Below are positions 21,315 to 32,100 of a DNA stretch of 64,000 nt, in pieces. This DNA comes from Nitrosopumilus sp. (GTDB lineage Archaea; Thermoproteota; Nitrososphaeria; Nitrososphaerales; Nitrosopumilaceae). Positions within the stretch are counted from its first letter, which is position 1; each line of letters begins with the position of its first letter. Where the stretch lies: the NCBI GenBank assembly GCA_965249555.1, contig OZ252243.1, positions 480,001 through 544,000 of the forward strand. Reading direction: 5' to 3'. A program made the translations under genes and the position numbers. The notes beneath the pieces are model-generated. The model saw only the letters and a list, made by a program, of their open reading frames with translations, was not told the origin of the DNA and searched no databases.

Positions 21315-22033
21315 GGACTGGTCTTTACGGCAGCATACACTCTTGAATTAATCTCTGCAATTTGCAGATTGATATGGCCTATCTGTCGTAGAAATCCATC
21401 TATGCGATAGTCACCTAGGGAGATGAGTCTTTCGTTGTATGTTACAGTGAACGGGACCCCGGGTATCTTGATTCCCTCTTGCAACAAAATTCCATGAACA
21501 GAATTTTTGAGAGAGGTCCTCCACTGAACGAGTTTTTTTCTGTATCTTACCAGCTGGCGATGTTTTACTATCTTTTTGTTTGTAATATGGCATGTTGCAA
21601 TGTATCCCCCGCGCAAAAGATCTGCCAGTATCCTGGCATCAATCTTGTCTGTTTTTTTTGATGCAGCTATTGCCTTTGTAAGATAGGGGTTTGAAAGTGT
21701 AACATTTTTGTATCCCAATTCATCTGTAAGAAATCCATACGTGTTATACTGATGATGACTCCATGACCATATTGGCATGAATCGGTATTCCTGTAAAATG
21801 TTTCCTGATTGATTCATGAGTGTTCTCAACTTTTATGTTTTGTAATATCTTTCCGCCATTATCCATTGTTGCCACTTGAAGAAATTCCTTGTGCAAGTCA
21901 ATGCCAACATACATGCACTTGTCTTTTTTTGCCCTAATCTGTTTCTTTGAGGACGATGGATTACGACTCCTGGACCTGGGTTCATTTCCTATGCTATCTG
22001 AATTCCTTCTTTTGGTATTCACATATAGTTATC
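21315..22033 (-). mobile_element. IS110 family A, 5' fragment, frameshifted
   Basis: Near-identical to ~53889-54612; YVGIDLHK, KKTDKIDA. Confidence 0.9.
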
Positions 22034-22289
22034 AAGCACTTAGATGTATTTTGCCATCTCAGAAAACATGTTCAATTCCCTTATTCTCCATGTCTCAAAG
22101 CATGTGAGAAAGACTGAGATCATCCTCATGCCCTGACTAATCTGCCCGCGAACATTCCTCTGCATCACGCACTTTCGAATGGAATTCTCTGCATCATTGT
22201 TAGTTGATGGAACATCACCATCCATGACAAACGTAAACATGCTGTTCCTTGCAGTCTTTAGCTTCTTGCCAAACTGAACCATCTCCGTA
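22030..22289 (-). mobile_element. IS66-like element, 3' fragment
   Basis: Near-identical to the end of 48054-49424 (TNNDAENSIR). Confidence 0.9.
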
Positions 22290-22361
22290 TATACTATTCA
22301 TCAATCCAGAAAGTGGCTCTCAATTTCTCATATGGCTTGACATCATGGACATCTGCAGCAG

Positions 22362-22700
22362 TTACACATGGCAGATAATGGAACCAGTCTTTCCTGTACT
22401 ATACCTCATGTGTAGTTTGTATCCATACACCCAACCCCTTGATTTGGAGAATCCCCACTTGGCATTTGTGTCAATTCCTGCAATTGGCAAGTGATTCTTT
22501 TTGATGTCTGATTTGTGCCATACTGGACCAGAAGCTTTTAGCATTGAACTATCAACTGATGCTGATTCACCATTAACTAATCCTTCTGGGACAGACAAAC
22601 CTCCTACAGTGTCAATAATTTCATTGATTGGCAAGCATTGAAATCTTCTGTCAATTGTCCTTCTGTCAGGGATTTAGTCTGCAAACCTTGAGTAATTTGT
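22362..22700 (-). pseudogene. IS5/IS982-like DDE transposase fragment
   Basis: SVDSSML..DTNAKWGFSKSRGWVYGYKLH. Confidence 0.65.
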
Positions 22701-23426
22701 CATTGGTACACTTGATTGAGAGAAGATAATGAAACGTATTGTCACTTGGAATTCTCATCCATGACTTTACGATGTATAATTGCACCATCAGAACAGTCGA
22801 ATGGACATATGGCCGTTCCCCGTCTCACTGCATTCTCATACAGATATAGTGTTCCCGCCAGATACAAAACACCAACAAGAAATGACTCACATAGAATCTT
22901 GCCAGGGATTTTTATTTGTTTTGTAATCATTCCAATGAACAAAACATGATGAGATCCTTTGCTTTTTCCATTTGAATAATTTGAGAAATCAGTTAAAAAT
23001 GAGAATGGATTATGCCCATGTCTCAGGTATCTGATTATTTACACCTCCAATAATTGTAAAATTTGTATCTTCTATTCCATCAACAAATATTTTTTTTATT
23101 TTTATTACATCTAGACATGTGTTTACTATATCTACTCTTAGTGGGTTTGGTAATAACTTCAATTAATTTAATATTTTCTGTAGTGTATTTCTTATTCATC
23201 TCAATTTTATCATGTTGTGATAAGATATTTTCTTGAATAGTATTTTCTGCATAATGATAAAGTATGCCAGTTGCGGCACCTACAATTCCAATTTCAAAAA
23301 AGATTGCATTAGAATATGAAATTGAAAAATTAAAAGAAAGGAGAGAGAATAACTGAAAAAATTACTATAGATGAATTTGAATTAAAAAAGATTATGAAAA
23401 ACAATGAAAATAATTAACTGGCAATT

Positions 23427-23828
23427 TTACTCTTTAAGATCATCAGGATTTGTTGACCAAGGTTCTATTGCATATGTCTCAGATTTTCCATCAATTTCTA
23501 ATTTCCACAAATTAATTAAATTTCTACCTAAGAGAACATATTCTTTTGGCATTGCGACCACTTCAAAACTATCAAACTTTATACCGCCAATCTCAATACT
23601 GACAAAATAGTTGTAATGTATGGTTTCCACTCCAGTCACAGTCTTTACTATTGTTTCATCGGTCTTTTTTAGACTTAATGTGTTGACAAGATAATCTGGA
23701 ATTACTGTGTGACTTGAACCTGTGTCTATTTTTCCTTTTTCTGGAAAAGATTTTCCAGAATTATTCCACACTGTAAGATCCAGAACCAAAGAACTGGGAT
23801 TGTCTAGAGTGTTATGTCTAAATTTCAA
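23427..23828 (-). CDS. Retropepsin-like (clan AA) aspartyl protease
   Basis: IDTGSSHTVI catalytic motif and LLGRNLI. Confidence 0.85.
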   Translation of the reverse strand: MKFRHNTLDNPSSLVLDLTVWNNSGKSFPEKGKIDTGSSHTVIPDYLVNTLSLKKTDETIVKTVTGVETIHYNYFVSIEIGGIKFDSFEVVAMPKEYVLLGRNLINLWKLEIDGKSETYAIEPWSTNPDDLKE

Positions 23829-24274
23829 TGTGAAATAAACTCTGGAGTGTCTATTAGAACCATCTTTTGGCCTGTTATTTTATGCACATACATATCCACA
23901 TTACCGAATTTATCATACATTTTTTTAATTAATGCATTCTTTTTATATCCAGCATCTTGAAATTCACCATTAACGAATGCTACAAATTTATCTTTAAATT
24001 GAGAATTGTTAAAATTATTTTTTGCAAAATTCTCAAAGGCACTTTTATTTTGGATATTTTCAGTGTTTGTTATATTTTTATGCATTGGAATATTTTTCAA
24101 TACATCAACAAAAAATACATTTAGTTTATAACTACAAAAAATATTTTCATTAATGTCAAACCATGACTGTATGTCTTCTAGATGAAGTTCCGTTTTATCT
24201 AGATTCCATTCTTTAATTTCACTGTGATGATTAAATGACGAGTTTTCTAGTCCACCCGAAATATTCTCAGTCAA
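23825..24274 (-). CDS. Hypothetical protein with DUF5678-like C-terminal domain
   Basis: FKDKFVAFVNGEFQDAG..ALIKKMYDKFG..MYVHKI; ATGA overlap with the protease. Confidence 0.55.
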   Translation of the reverse strand: MTENISGGLENSSFNHHSEIKEWNLDKTELHLEDIQSWFDINENIFCSYKLNVFFVDVLKNIPMHKNITNTENIQNKSAFENFAKNNFNNSQFKDKFVAFVNGEFQDAGYKKNALIKKMYDKFGNVDMYVHKITGQKMVLIDTPEFISH

Positions 24275-24881
24275 TTATCTTATCACCAAATTTATCACGA
24301 AGATCACGTATTTCAGTTTTTAATGTATTAGCTCCATCATTTAATACCTCAACTAGTTCTTCAACCTCTTTTAGATTTAATTGAAAATTAATCACGTTAT
24401 CAACATCAAACTCATGTGTGTTTATGCTCACAACTAACGATGGAATAATTTTTGTAATTTTATTTTCATTAGAAATAGGTCTAAACTCTGTAACTGTATT
24501 AAAACCATGAGTGTGCGGATAACCAAATGTTTTAAGGAATTCGGTTTTAATACCAGTAGATAGACTGTCCATGTCTGTTTTATCATGAATTTTTTGAACC
24601 GTTTCTTTCAACACATTCTTTTTATCATCATCCAAATTTGAAGTATCAATAACTCCAAAAATTTTATTTGGACTGCGTTTACTTATGATAAAGTTATAAA
24701 ATATATGTATAATTTCATTATTATCATCATCATTAAAATCATCCCCTAAAATTTTCTTTATTTTAGATAGATCAGGTATTGTGTGTAGTATACTATCATC
24801 AAAAAAATTACCAAGTTCAATAATTTTTCCTTTTGGTATTCTTTTAAAAATAACTAATGTCTGAAAACTTTTTTCCAACAC
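24267..24881 (-). CDS. Hypothetical protein with possible COMM-like C-terminal domain
   Basis: Helical N-terminus, then YPH..FNTVTEFRPI..IIPSLVVSINT..INFQLNLKEVEELVEVL. Confidence 0.45.
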   Translation of the reverse strand: MLEKSFQTLVIFKRIPKGKIIELGNFFDDSILHTIPDLSKIKKILGDDFNDDDNNEIIHIFYNFIISKRSPNKIFGVIDTSNLDDDKKNVLKETVQKIHDKTDMDSLSTGIKTEFLKTFGYPHTHGFNTVTEFRPISNENKITKIIPSLVVSINTHEFDVDNVINFQLNLKEVEELVEVLNDGANTLKTEIRDLRDKFGDKIID

Positions 24882-25018
24882 CCTAAAAGTAGTATTATAC
24901 TTTTAATATCTTTCTTTGCCAAAAATCATTTGTTCTGACTGATTTTCCAGCATCCTAACTTAACACCTCAGCACCCGAATTTAACAGCAAGCTGAAATCA
25001 ATGAAAACACCCTAAGAT

Positions 25019-25231
25019 TATCCATGTGAATTGTTTTTATACATTTCCCACTTTTTTGCATCCCAAGGCATACCTTCGCTGGAGAATGCTTTCAATCAAA
25101 AGATGACGGACATGTATCCATACAAGGCTTGTCCCTCAACATATAAAACGCGACTTGCACAGTCCTAACTGTAATTCTGTACAAATTCTCTCCTCTCTTT
25201 TAGCATCCAGTAAATCACTCGCAGAATCTGG
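25019..25231 (-). mobile_element. IS110 family A 3' end (internally deleted), truncating the integrase
   Basis: Matches ~53297-53571 minus about 60 bp. Confidence 0.88.
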
Positions 25232-25657
25232 ATCAAATACACCTATTCTGGCACCTGTCGAGGCAAGAAAATAAAATAGTACTGCATCACGTTTGTTGCA
25301 TGTAGTATCTATTAATTTTTTAATATCTTGTTTTTGCCAAGCCTTGAGCTCTATTGGTCTAGTTTTAAGAGGATACATTTTTCGAATTATTTCCCAATCT
25401 AGCTTGATTCGATTCATGACAAAAAAATGATGTAAACCTAAAAACATTGTAGAAATTGAATTTGCATTAAAAGTATTCTTTAAATGTACTAGATAATCTT
25501 CTAATAAAATTTGTAGTTTGTGTGGAGATATTACAACTAGTTCATCATATGTTGAAATATTAGCATATTCTTGAAATTTTTTAATATGTTGAATGTAATT
25601 TTGTCGGATATATGGCGATCTTATAGATTCGTTGAATAAATACATACATCGTTGCAT
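25232..25657 (-). pseudogene. Tyrosine recombinase/integrase N-terminal half, truncated
   Basis: RDAVLFYFLASTGARIG box I with catalytic Arg; remainder replaced by IS110 sequence. Confidence 0.8.
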
Positions 25658-25716
25658 ATGATTTTGTAAAATTAGACGTTGTATGTTTGTATTTTTTTTA
25701 ATGGTACTAGTTTCGA

Positions 25717-25934
25717 TCAGAGTAATTTCAGAAATTCTTTTTTTGTTAACCCGCAATCAGAAATTATTTGTAATAACAATCCCTTACCAATCTCTTTTTT
25801 TCTAGGTACGCTAGTCCATACAACCTCTTTTGTTATCAACTATAATGTGGCTTCCAGTTTGTCTTGTTGGATAAAAACCTCTTTTTCGTAGTGCTTTGAG
25901 TATATCCATATAACCCAATAACAGGAAGACTCAA
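25717..25934 (-). pseudogene. HicA toxin pseudogene (two frameshifts)
   Basis: Hand translation: DILKALRKRGFYPTRQTGSHII..VPRKKEIGKGLLLQIISDCGLTKKEFLKLL. Confidence 0.8.
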
Positions 25935-26149
25935 AGTGCTATGGTAATTAATTCTGATGCAAAATTCTTCTTTTTGTCTTCAATGTAAGATTTGCATAGT
26001 TTGATTGCTTTTTTTGTATCTGTAATTGCCTCAGATCTTGTATCTCCTTGACCTCTAGCCTGTGGTATTTCCAAACAATAACCAACGTAGACATTTCTAT
26101 CTTTTTTGATTAGAATGCTGTAATCTACTTTTTTACTCACACGTTTCAT
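25931..26149 (-). CDS. HicB antitoxin
   Basis: YVGYCLEIPQARGQGDTRSEAI..KKAI; overlaps the hicA start. Confidence 0.8.
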   Translation of the reverse strand: MKRVSKKVDYSILIKKDRNVYVGYCLEIPQARGQGDTRSEAITDTKKAIKLCKSYIEDKKKNFASELITIAL

Positions 26150-26248
26150 ACAAGATTTAATTATATAAAATCGATCATTGGTTTGCCAAATGCTTTGAAG
26201 GTATTTCCTGAATTTATCACAAATGACGCTATGGTTGAAATTACGTTA

Positions 26249-26502
26249 TTATGATAACTTTTGATGTTTATCTGATTTTATTTTTTCAAGAAGGATAGAG
26301 GCTGGTTCATCATTAGGATCTTGAGGCACAAGCTTACCCTCAAAGGCTTGCTTTAGGACACTTTGTTTTAAAATATCAAGAGGACTTCATCCATTAGCCA
26401 CACATTTTTCAAGAGAATCTATCTTGTCAAAGATTGATTCAATTTTTGATATGATTCTTTTTTGTTCAGATAATACAGGCAGCGGTATTTCAAATTGTTT
26501 GA
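26249..26502 (-). pseudogene. hsdS: Type I RM specificity subunit HsdS, C-terminal remnant
   Basis: [52 protein letters not shown]. Confidence 0.82.
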
Positions 26503-26589
26503 TTATACTGACATTAAGACCAGGTTGATTACTACCTTTAGATACACTACGAATTTTCCAATACTGTGATTGAATAAAATAAAATAAAA

Positions 26590-26643
26590 GTATGTATCAA
26601 GCACTTTAGATGTATTGATTTGTGCGTGAAGGTTGATACATAC
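26590..26643 (-). mobile_element. 54-bp miniature derivative of the IS66-like element
   Basis: Left end (47977-48007) fused to right end (~49417-49439); perfect TIR GTATGTATCAA. Confidence 0.85.
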
Positions 26644-26750
26644 TACAAAATTTGTATAAAAACATAACATTTGAAATAGAAAAGAGATTAGCACGCTGGC
26701 CTTACCTCACCCGAAAACTACCATTATTACTATTCATTATTTAATAAATC

Positions 26751-26830
26751 TTTGTGGGCGTGTAGCATGACGGTCATGCACTCACTCGAAAACTGAGAGA
26801 TTTGGGTTCAACTTCCAACACGTCCACAAA
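26751..26830 (+). ncRNA. tRNA-like element (GAA loop, atypical anticodon arm)
   Basis: 12-bp terminal stem TTTGTGGGCGTG/CACGTCCACAAA, D-arm GCAT/ATGC, arm CTCAC-TCGAAAA-CTGAG, T-arm TTGGG-TTCAACT-TCCAA. Confidence 0.65.
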
Positions 26831-27185
26831 TCAATCTTTTGTTTTTTAATCCAACTATTATGATTTTAGTATTAATTTGATGTTTCAGAAAATATAAAAT
26901 AAAAAAAGGGGTTTCTATGTTTGATGCATGTGATTATAGTTTTACACTAAAAAATGCAGATATCTTTGCCAAAGAATCTTGTACCGGAGTATTGAACGGT
27001 AACTATGAGCAAGCAATTAAAATCCTTTATGAATTAATTATGAAATCAAATTGATAATATCATGTAAAATGCTTGGATTTTGTTGGTAATGATATGTAAG
27101 TTTTAGAATCACTGTTCAGAATTTCTCTTTTTGTCAACAATTCATCAACTACTCTTTTTAACAAGAGTCAGTTATTGGTATAATC

Positions 27186-27992
27186 ATGGCTAAAAGATAC
27201 AACTCCCCAATTACTTATCGATTAAAGGAAATTCCCATTAAATACATCAAAATATGGAAGGATGCACAAGCTAGAAAACTAGACAGGGAGGGAATCGCAG
27301 AACTTGCCCGTTCCATCAAAAATGAAGGATTGCAGAATCCACCTATGGTCCAAAAGGAATCAAAAAACTCGTATTTGTTACTGTCTGGACAGAGAAGGCT
27401 TGCTGCCCTGAAAAGGTTGGGTGCAAAGAAGATACCGGTGTTATTGCTTACACATAGTACGAAATATGATGTACATGATGCAAAGGCAGCATCAGTGGTT
27501 GAGAATCTGCATCGAAACAAAATGAACACAAAGGACATGACGGCAGCATGTGTATTTTTGACAGAATCAGTTGGAAAAAGTAAAGCTGCAAAATCACTAG
27601 GAATATCATCACAAACACTGAAGAAATACCTTGGATTTGCAGCGGTTCCAGATAGATTGAGGCAGTTTGTACCAAAGGAGCTGTCTCGTGATGATTGTGT
27701 GAAATTATATCAGGTCATCCCAAATCCATCAAAGGCTGTATCTGTTGCAGAGAAGATCATTCCACTGGACCAGAAACTACGAAGAGAGTATCTCAAGGTT
27801 TTGAGTCGTTCTCCAAAATCATCTCATCTCAAGTTGCTCAAGAAAGCAAAGAGCGGATTACTCCAACAGAGAGTTGTTATTTTGTTGAACAAGGGAAATG
27901 CCCGGAAACTGCGTAGTTTGGCTGTGAGAAAAGATGTAAAAGTTGTAGAGATGGCAGATGATATACTTTCTGATTATCTGAAAAGAAGGTAA
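27186..27992 (+). CDS. ParB/Spo0J-family protein
   Basis: ELARSIKNEGLQNPPMV, LLSGQRRLAA, SVVENLHR, HTH. Confidence 0.88.
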   Translation: MAKRYNSPITYRLKEIPIKYIKIWKDAQARKLDREGIAELARSIKNEGLQNPPMVQKESKNSYLLLSGQRRLAALKRLGAKKIPVLLLTHSTKYDVHDAKAASVVENLHRNKMNTKDMTAACVFLTESVGKSKAAKSLGISSQTLKKYLGFAAVPDRLRQFVPKELSRDDCVKLYQVIPNPSKAVSVAEKIIPLDQKLRREYLKVLSRSPKSSHLKLLKKAKSGLLQQRVVILLNKGNARKLRSLAVRKDVKVVEMADDILSDYLKRR

Positions 27993-28326
27993 ATCTGGGA
28001 ACAGATCACAATAGTCCTGTAAAATCAAATCATTGAAAACCACGTATCAAAGTATTGTTTGACAATTTTAGTTTTTCTCTAAAGAATCACCCTATCATTG
28101 TAATTATTGAAGATAAAAGTATGCTTTGTATGAGATATAATAATCAAAAAACTTTTGGATGAAGGTTAGAAATAATATACAACCAGATTTCTTTTGATAA
28201 GATAATTTTATTTTTTTAGTAGATTCAAATACAGAATAGATTTCTTGCCACTTTTTCTCTGTAATAGTTTGATAGTATTTTTTTCATACCATTGCTGTGA
28301 CCTTTCATTTAATGGTTGTAATGCAA

Positions 28327-28700
28327 CTAATCTACATCCATACTGGTATTGTAGGCTGTTTTGATAGCATGACTAGGCATCATATCTCCCAAACCATTGT
28401 GAGAATAATCTTTGTGAGCTGCAAATTGCCCGATAAGTAATGAAGGAATTGTTTGATGGCGGTATGGTTCTTTACCATCATCAGGCATTTCTTTTTTGTC
28501 TATGGAATATGTCGCAAGAGAAATAAACCCTAATAGAATTTTTTTATCTAAAACCCAACACATGGTTTTACCAAGCATGTTATTTTGATCATTCAAAGCT
28601 TCATGTTTGATGTAATGCTCCATTTCTGATTCAACGCAAGAAAATGTATCAACAGGAGTAAGATCAGCAATGAAGTGCTTGCTAATGAAAAGTCAATGTT
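28327..28700 (-). pseudogene. GNAT acetyltransferase toxin (degenerate)
   Basis: FSCVESEMEHYI, LGFISL, IPSLLIGQFAAHKDY..GLG; premature stop. Confidence 0.7.
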
Positions 28701-28704
28701 CAAT

Positions 28705-28887
28705 TTACAACGGAATTGTTGGGACTTTTTTTACATGTAATGCTTTGGTTATTTCTTCTTCTTGTTCCTTGGTTTGACCTTTATTGATGTCATTAACTAG
28801 TGTGGTAAAATCCCCCTCAACTAATGGTTCAATTTCTCGCAATGCCATGTTATACATATGGATATGATCAACATATAATGATTCCAT
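28705..28887 (-). CDS. Putative antitoxin upstream of the GNAT toxin
   Basis: Small ORF directly upstream; inferred from context only. Confidence 0.35.
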   Translation of the reverse strand: MESLYVDHIHMYNMALREIEPLVEGDFTTLVNDINKGQTKEQEEEITKALHVKKVPTIPL

Positions 28888-29035
28888 TTTCTGACTAGAT
28901 CAAAAGATCAATTTTTCCCATGCATATTTACTCCTAAAATGGCATAAGGTGTTTTATATGGAAATACAAAATTCGTCATTTTGGGATCTTAAGATCACAA
29001 AACATAATTGATTATTTTCAAAAACAACATCCCAT

Positions 29036-29160
29036 TATAGTTTATTATAATTTTGAAGATGTATATCGTTGAAGACAAAGCCATTATCAACTAGTGGCAT
29101 TTCCTGGTTGTTCCAGTTTACACCAAAGGTGGGTTTTGTCTTTTATTCAGAACTGCTGTC
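29036..29160 (-). pseudogene. Out-of-frame remnant of the C-terminal domain of the giant protein
   Basis: DSSSE*KTKPTFGVNWNNQEMPLVDNGFVFN versus DSNEWKTKPTFGKHWNNQAVQLVDDGFVFN in the 1903-aa paralogue. Confidence 0.85.
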
Positions 29161-32100
29161 AACTTTGATGGATAAAGGTCCTTGCAACTGACTCACCATC
29201 AAATAAGATGAATATCTTGCCATTATAACCAGGGCCGACTGGTACTGTAGTAGTTGATTTATCACGTAAATCACTATCTGTAATGCGGACAGTAATGCTC
29301 TGATCAGTACCATATTCAATCGTGAAATCACCGGATCTTAATGGCACAAATGATACAAATGCGTCATTAGAAGTAGAATAATAATCAATTCCAAAAGAGC
29401 CTGGTCTGATTGCAGATGGTGCTGTGTCAGTTGCTGCAGGTGTAGTTGCAGTGACCTCGTTAGATGAAGCACTTGGTCCAACGGAATTTGTAGCTATAAT
29501 GGTATACTTGTACTCTGTGTCTGCAGTCAGGTTCTCATCAGTGAAAGTCGTTGCATCGCCGGATAACGTTTCAGTATCATCAGCACTGCCTGCAAGGGTT
29601 CTGCTCAAAGTGTAACTGTCGACATTATCCGCTGTACCCCATGAGAGCGTTATACTTGTATCAGTAGTTGCTCCTGCGACAAGTACGGGTGCTGCAGGTA
29701 CAGTTGGCGTGGCAAGTGTAGTTGCAGTGACCTCGTTAGAGGCTGTGCTTGGCCCGACAGTGTTTGTCGCTATAATGGTATACTTGTAATCGGTTTCGGC
29801 AGTCAGGTTCTCATCAGTGTATGATATAGTAGTGCCCCCAGAGACCGGTATCTCAGCTGGCTCTGCGCCACCTGTTCTGCTCAGGGTGTAGCTGTCGGTA
29901 TTATCCACTGCAACCCATGAAAGTAATATAGTTGTATCAGTAGTTGCTCCTGCAGAAAGTACGGGTGCTGCAGGTACAGTTGGTTCAGGTCCTACTGTTA
30001 CAGTTTCAGTGATGATAGTAGGTAATCCATTGCTGTCAGTTACGGTATAAGTTACAACATATTCTCCAGAAGTGTTGACATTTACTGTGTCACCGCCAAC
30101 TATACCAGGTGCAGTTCCTGAGATATCAAATGCATTGTTAATTGCACCTGGGGTGTATGGTCCGCCAAATGGTACTGCAGTGGAATAGTCAACTGTGTTA
30201 CCATCAACATTAAAGGTTGGCGGTGTGGTATCAACTACGGTGATTACAATTGATTTTTGTTCTGGTTTGTTACCTGCCGCATCATTTGGCGCATCATACA
30301 ATACGGTGTATACGTCTACAACACTGGTGTCAGGTGTATCACCTGTAACTGCTACTGTTTCAGAGTAATTTGGGTCATTATCAGCTACAGTAGCGCCAGG
30401 TATAGTGTAGGTGTCAGTTGCAGTTAACTCTATTGTTGTATCAGATCCTGTTACTGTGATTACTGGTGCTGTTATATCAAATGCTTCAGGTACAGGTTCA
30501 CATATTTCATTATCTACACCAACACCCTTTATACAAACTCGATCAGCATCGTTTAGATCGATGTTAGTAGTAGTACGGATAGTGAATTCATTTGGGCCTC
30601 CAGTTGCAGAGAAACTATCAGAAGAACCACCATCATGAATAATAAAAGAATATTGATTAGGGGCATTAGTATCTATATTACTCCAGTATACTGTAACGGA
30701 ATTATCAGTATTTCTTACAGCATCTACTGTTGGTTTAGGTCCAGTTGGTTCAGGTCCAGTAGTTACAGATAACTTTGCAACCTCGCCATTGCCAAGGAAA
30801 ATCCTGACATTGCCTGTATAATCATACCCGACTGTTTCTGTGTGAATGAATGGGACGGCTGCATCATCAATTGTAAAGCCAATGGTACGACCACCCTCAA
30901 ATTCAATTGTAAAATCACCGGTGTGTGAGGATCTGAAGGTTATGACTACCTTGTCTCCGTCAGTAGCATGAGGGGCATCGCTGGAGGTGTACACGGCAGG
31001 TGACGGGCCTGGTTTGAGTGGATCAGTGCTAGCAATAAGTTCACCAGCTGTACTTGTCCCGGCAGTATTTGTTGCCATAATTATATACTTGTACTCTGTA
31101 TCAGCAGTCAGGTTATCATCAGTGGCAGTCAATACGTTGCCTGATAACACTTTAACATCATCACCGCCTGCAACGACTCTGGTCAGGGTGTAACTGTCGG
31201 CATTATCCACCGAATTCCATGAGAGCGTTATGGTATTATGGGTAACCGAGTCCTCACTGAGTGTAGGAGTGATAGGTGCAGTTGCAGATGTGGTAGTTAC
31301 ATCCAATGGTACAGATGGGATACCTTCTAGGAGACCACTTTTAATTGCTATGACGTGATATGAGTAGGATGTATCAGGAGTCACGTCCTCATCAAGGTAT
31401 TGGAAACCATTATCACGATGGACACCAGCATTGACGATGTCTATTTGAACAGTATCTCTAAACAACCTATAGAAGTTTACATCATCTACTTCATTCCATG
31501 AAATCGTGACACTGTCATGAGTGACTGCTATTTCCTCAAGTGTGACAATGGCTGCATCAGGTGCTGTAGGTGCAATTGGGGCAGCAGCAGTCCTTGCAGT
31601 GACCTCGTCAGCCGCGCCTGGCCCGGCAGAGTTTGTCGCTATAAGGGAATACTTGTACTCTGTGTCAGCAGCCAGGTTCTCATCAGTGAAAGTCAATGCA
31701 TTGCCTGATAACACTTCAGTACCATCAGTACTGCCTGCAAGGGTTCTGCTCAGGGTATAGGCGACTGTATTATCCACTTTACCCCATGAGAGTGCCACTG
31801 TCGTATCAGTGACTTTTCCCAGTACAAGTGCAGGAGCTGCAGGTACAGCTGTGGCAACAGCAGTAGTTGCAGTGACCTCAGAAGGTTCACTTGGCCCGAC
31901 AGAGTTTGTCGCTATAAGGGAATACTTGTACTCTGTGTCAGCAGTCAGTCCGGTATCAGTGGCAGTCAGTCCGGTATCAGTGGCAGTCAGTCCAGTTGTT
32001 TGCACTGGTACATTAGTACCACCCTCAACGATTCTGGTCAGGGTGTAACTGTCGGCATCATCCACTGCACCCCATGAGAGCGCTATGGTATCATGAGTGA

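Noticed and set aside
25136-25756. Intact 206-aa integrase
   Set aside because: Chimeric ORF: the N-terminus overlaps the hicA remnant, the C-terminus is IS110 sequence, and the HxxR/Tyr motifs are missing
26751-26830. Functional housekeeping tRNA-Phe
   Set aside because: C33, C31-C39 mismatch, no archaeal tRNA-Phe-like sequence and island location; kept as tRNA-like only
31941-31993. 21-bp tandem duplication (TATDTGL)
   Set aside because: Real, but an in-frame slippage within one FN3 module with no evidence of a separate function
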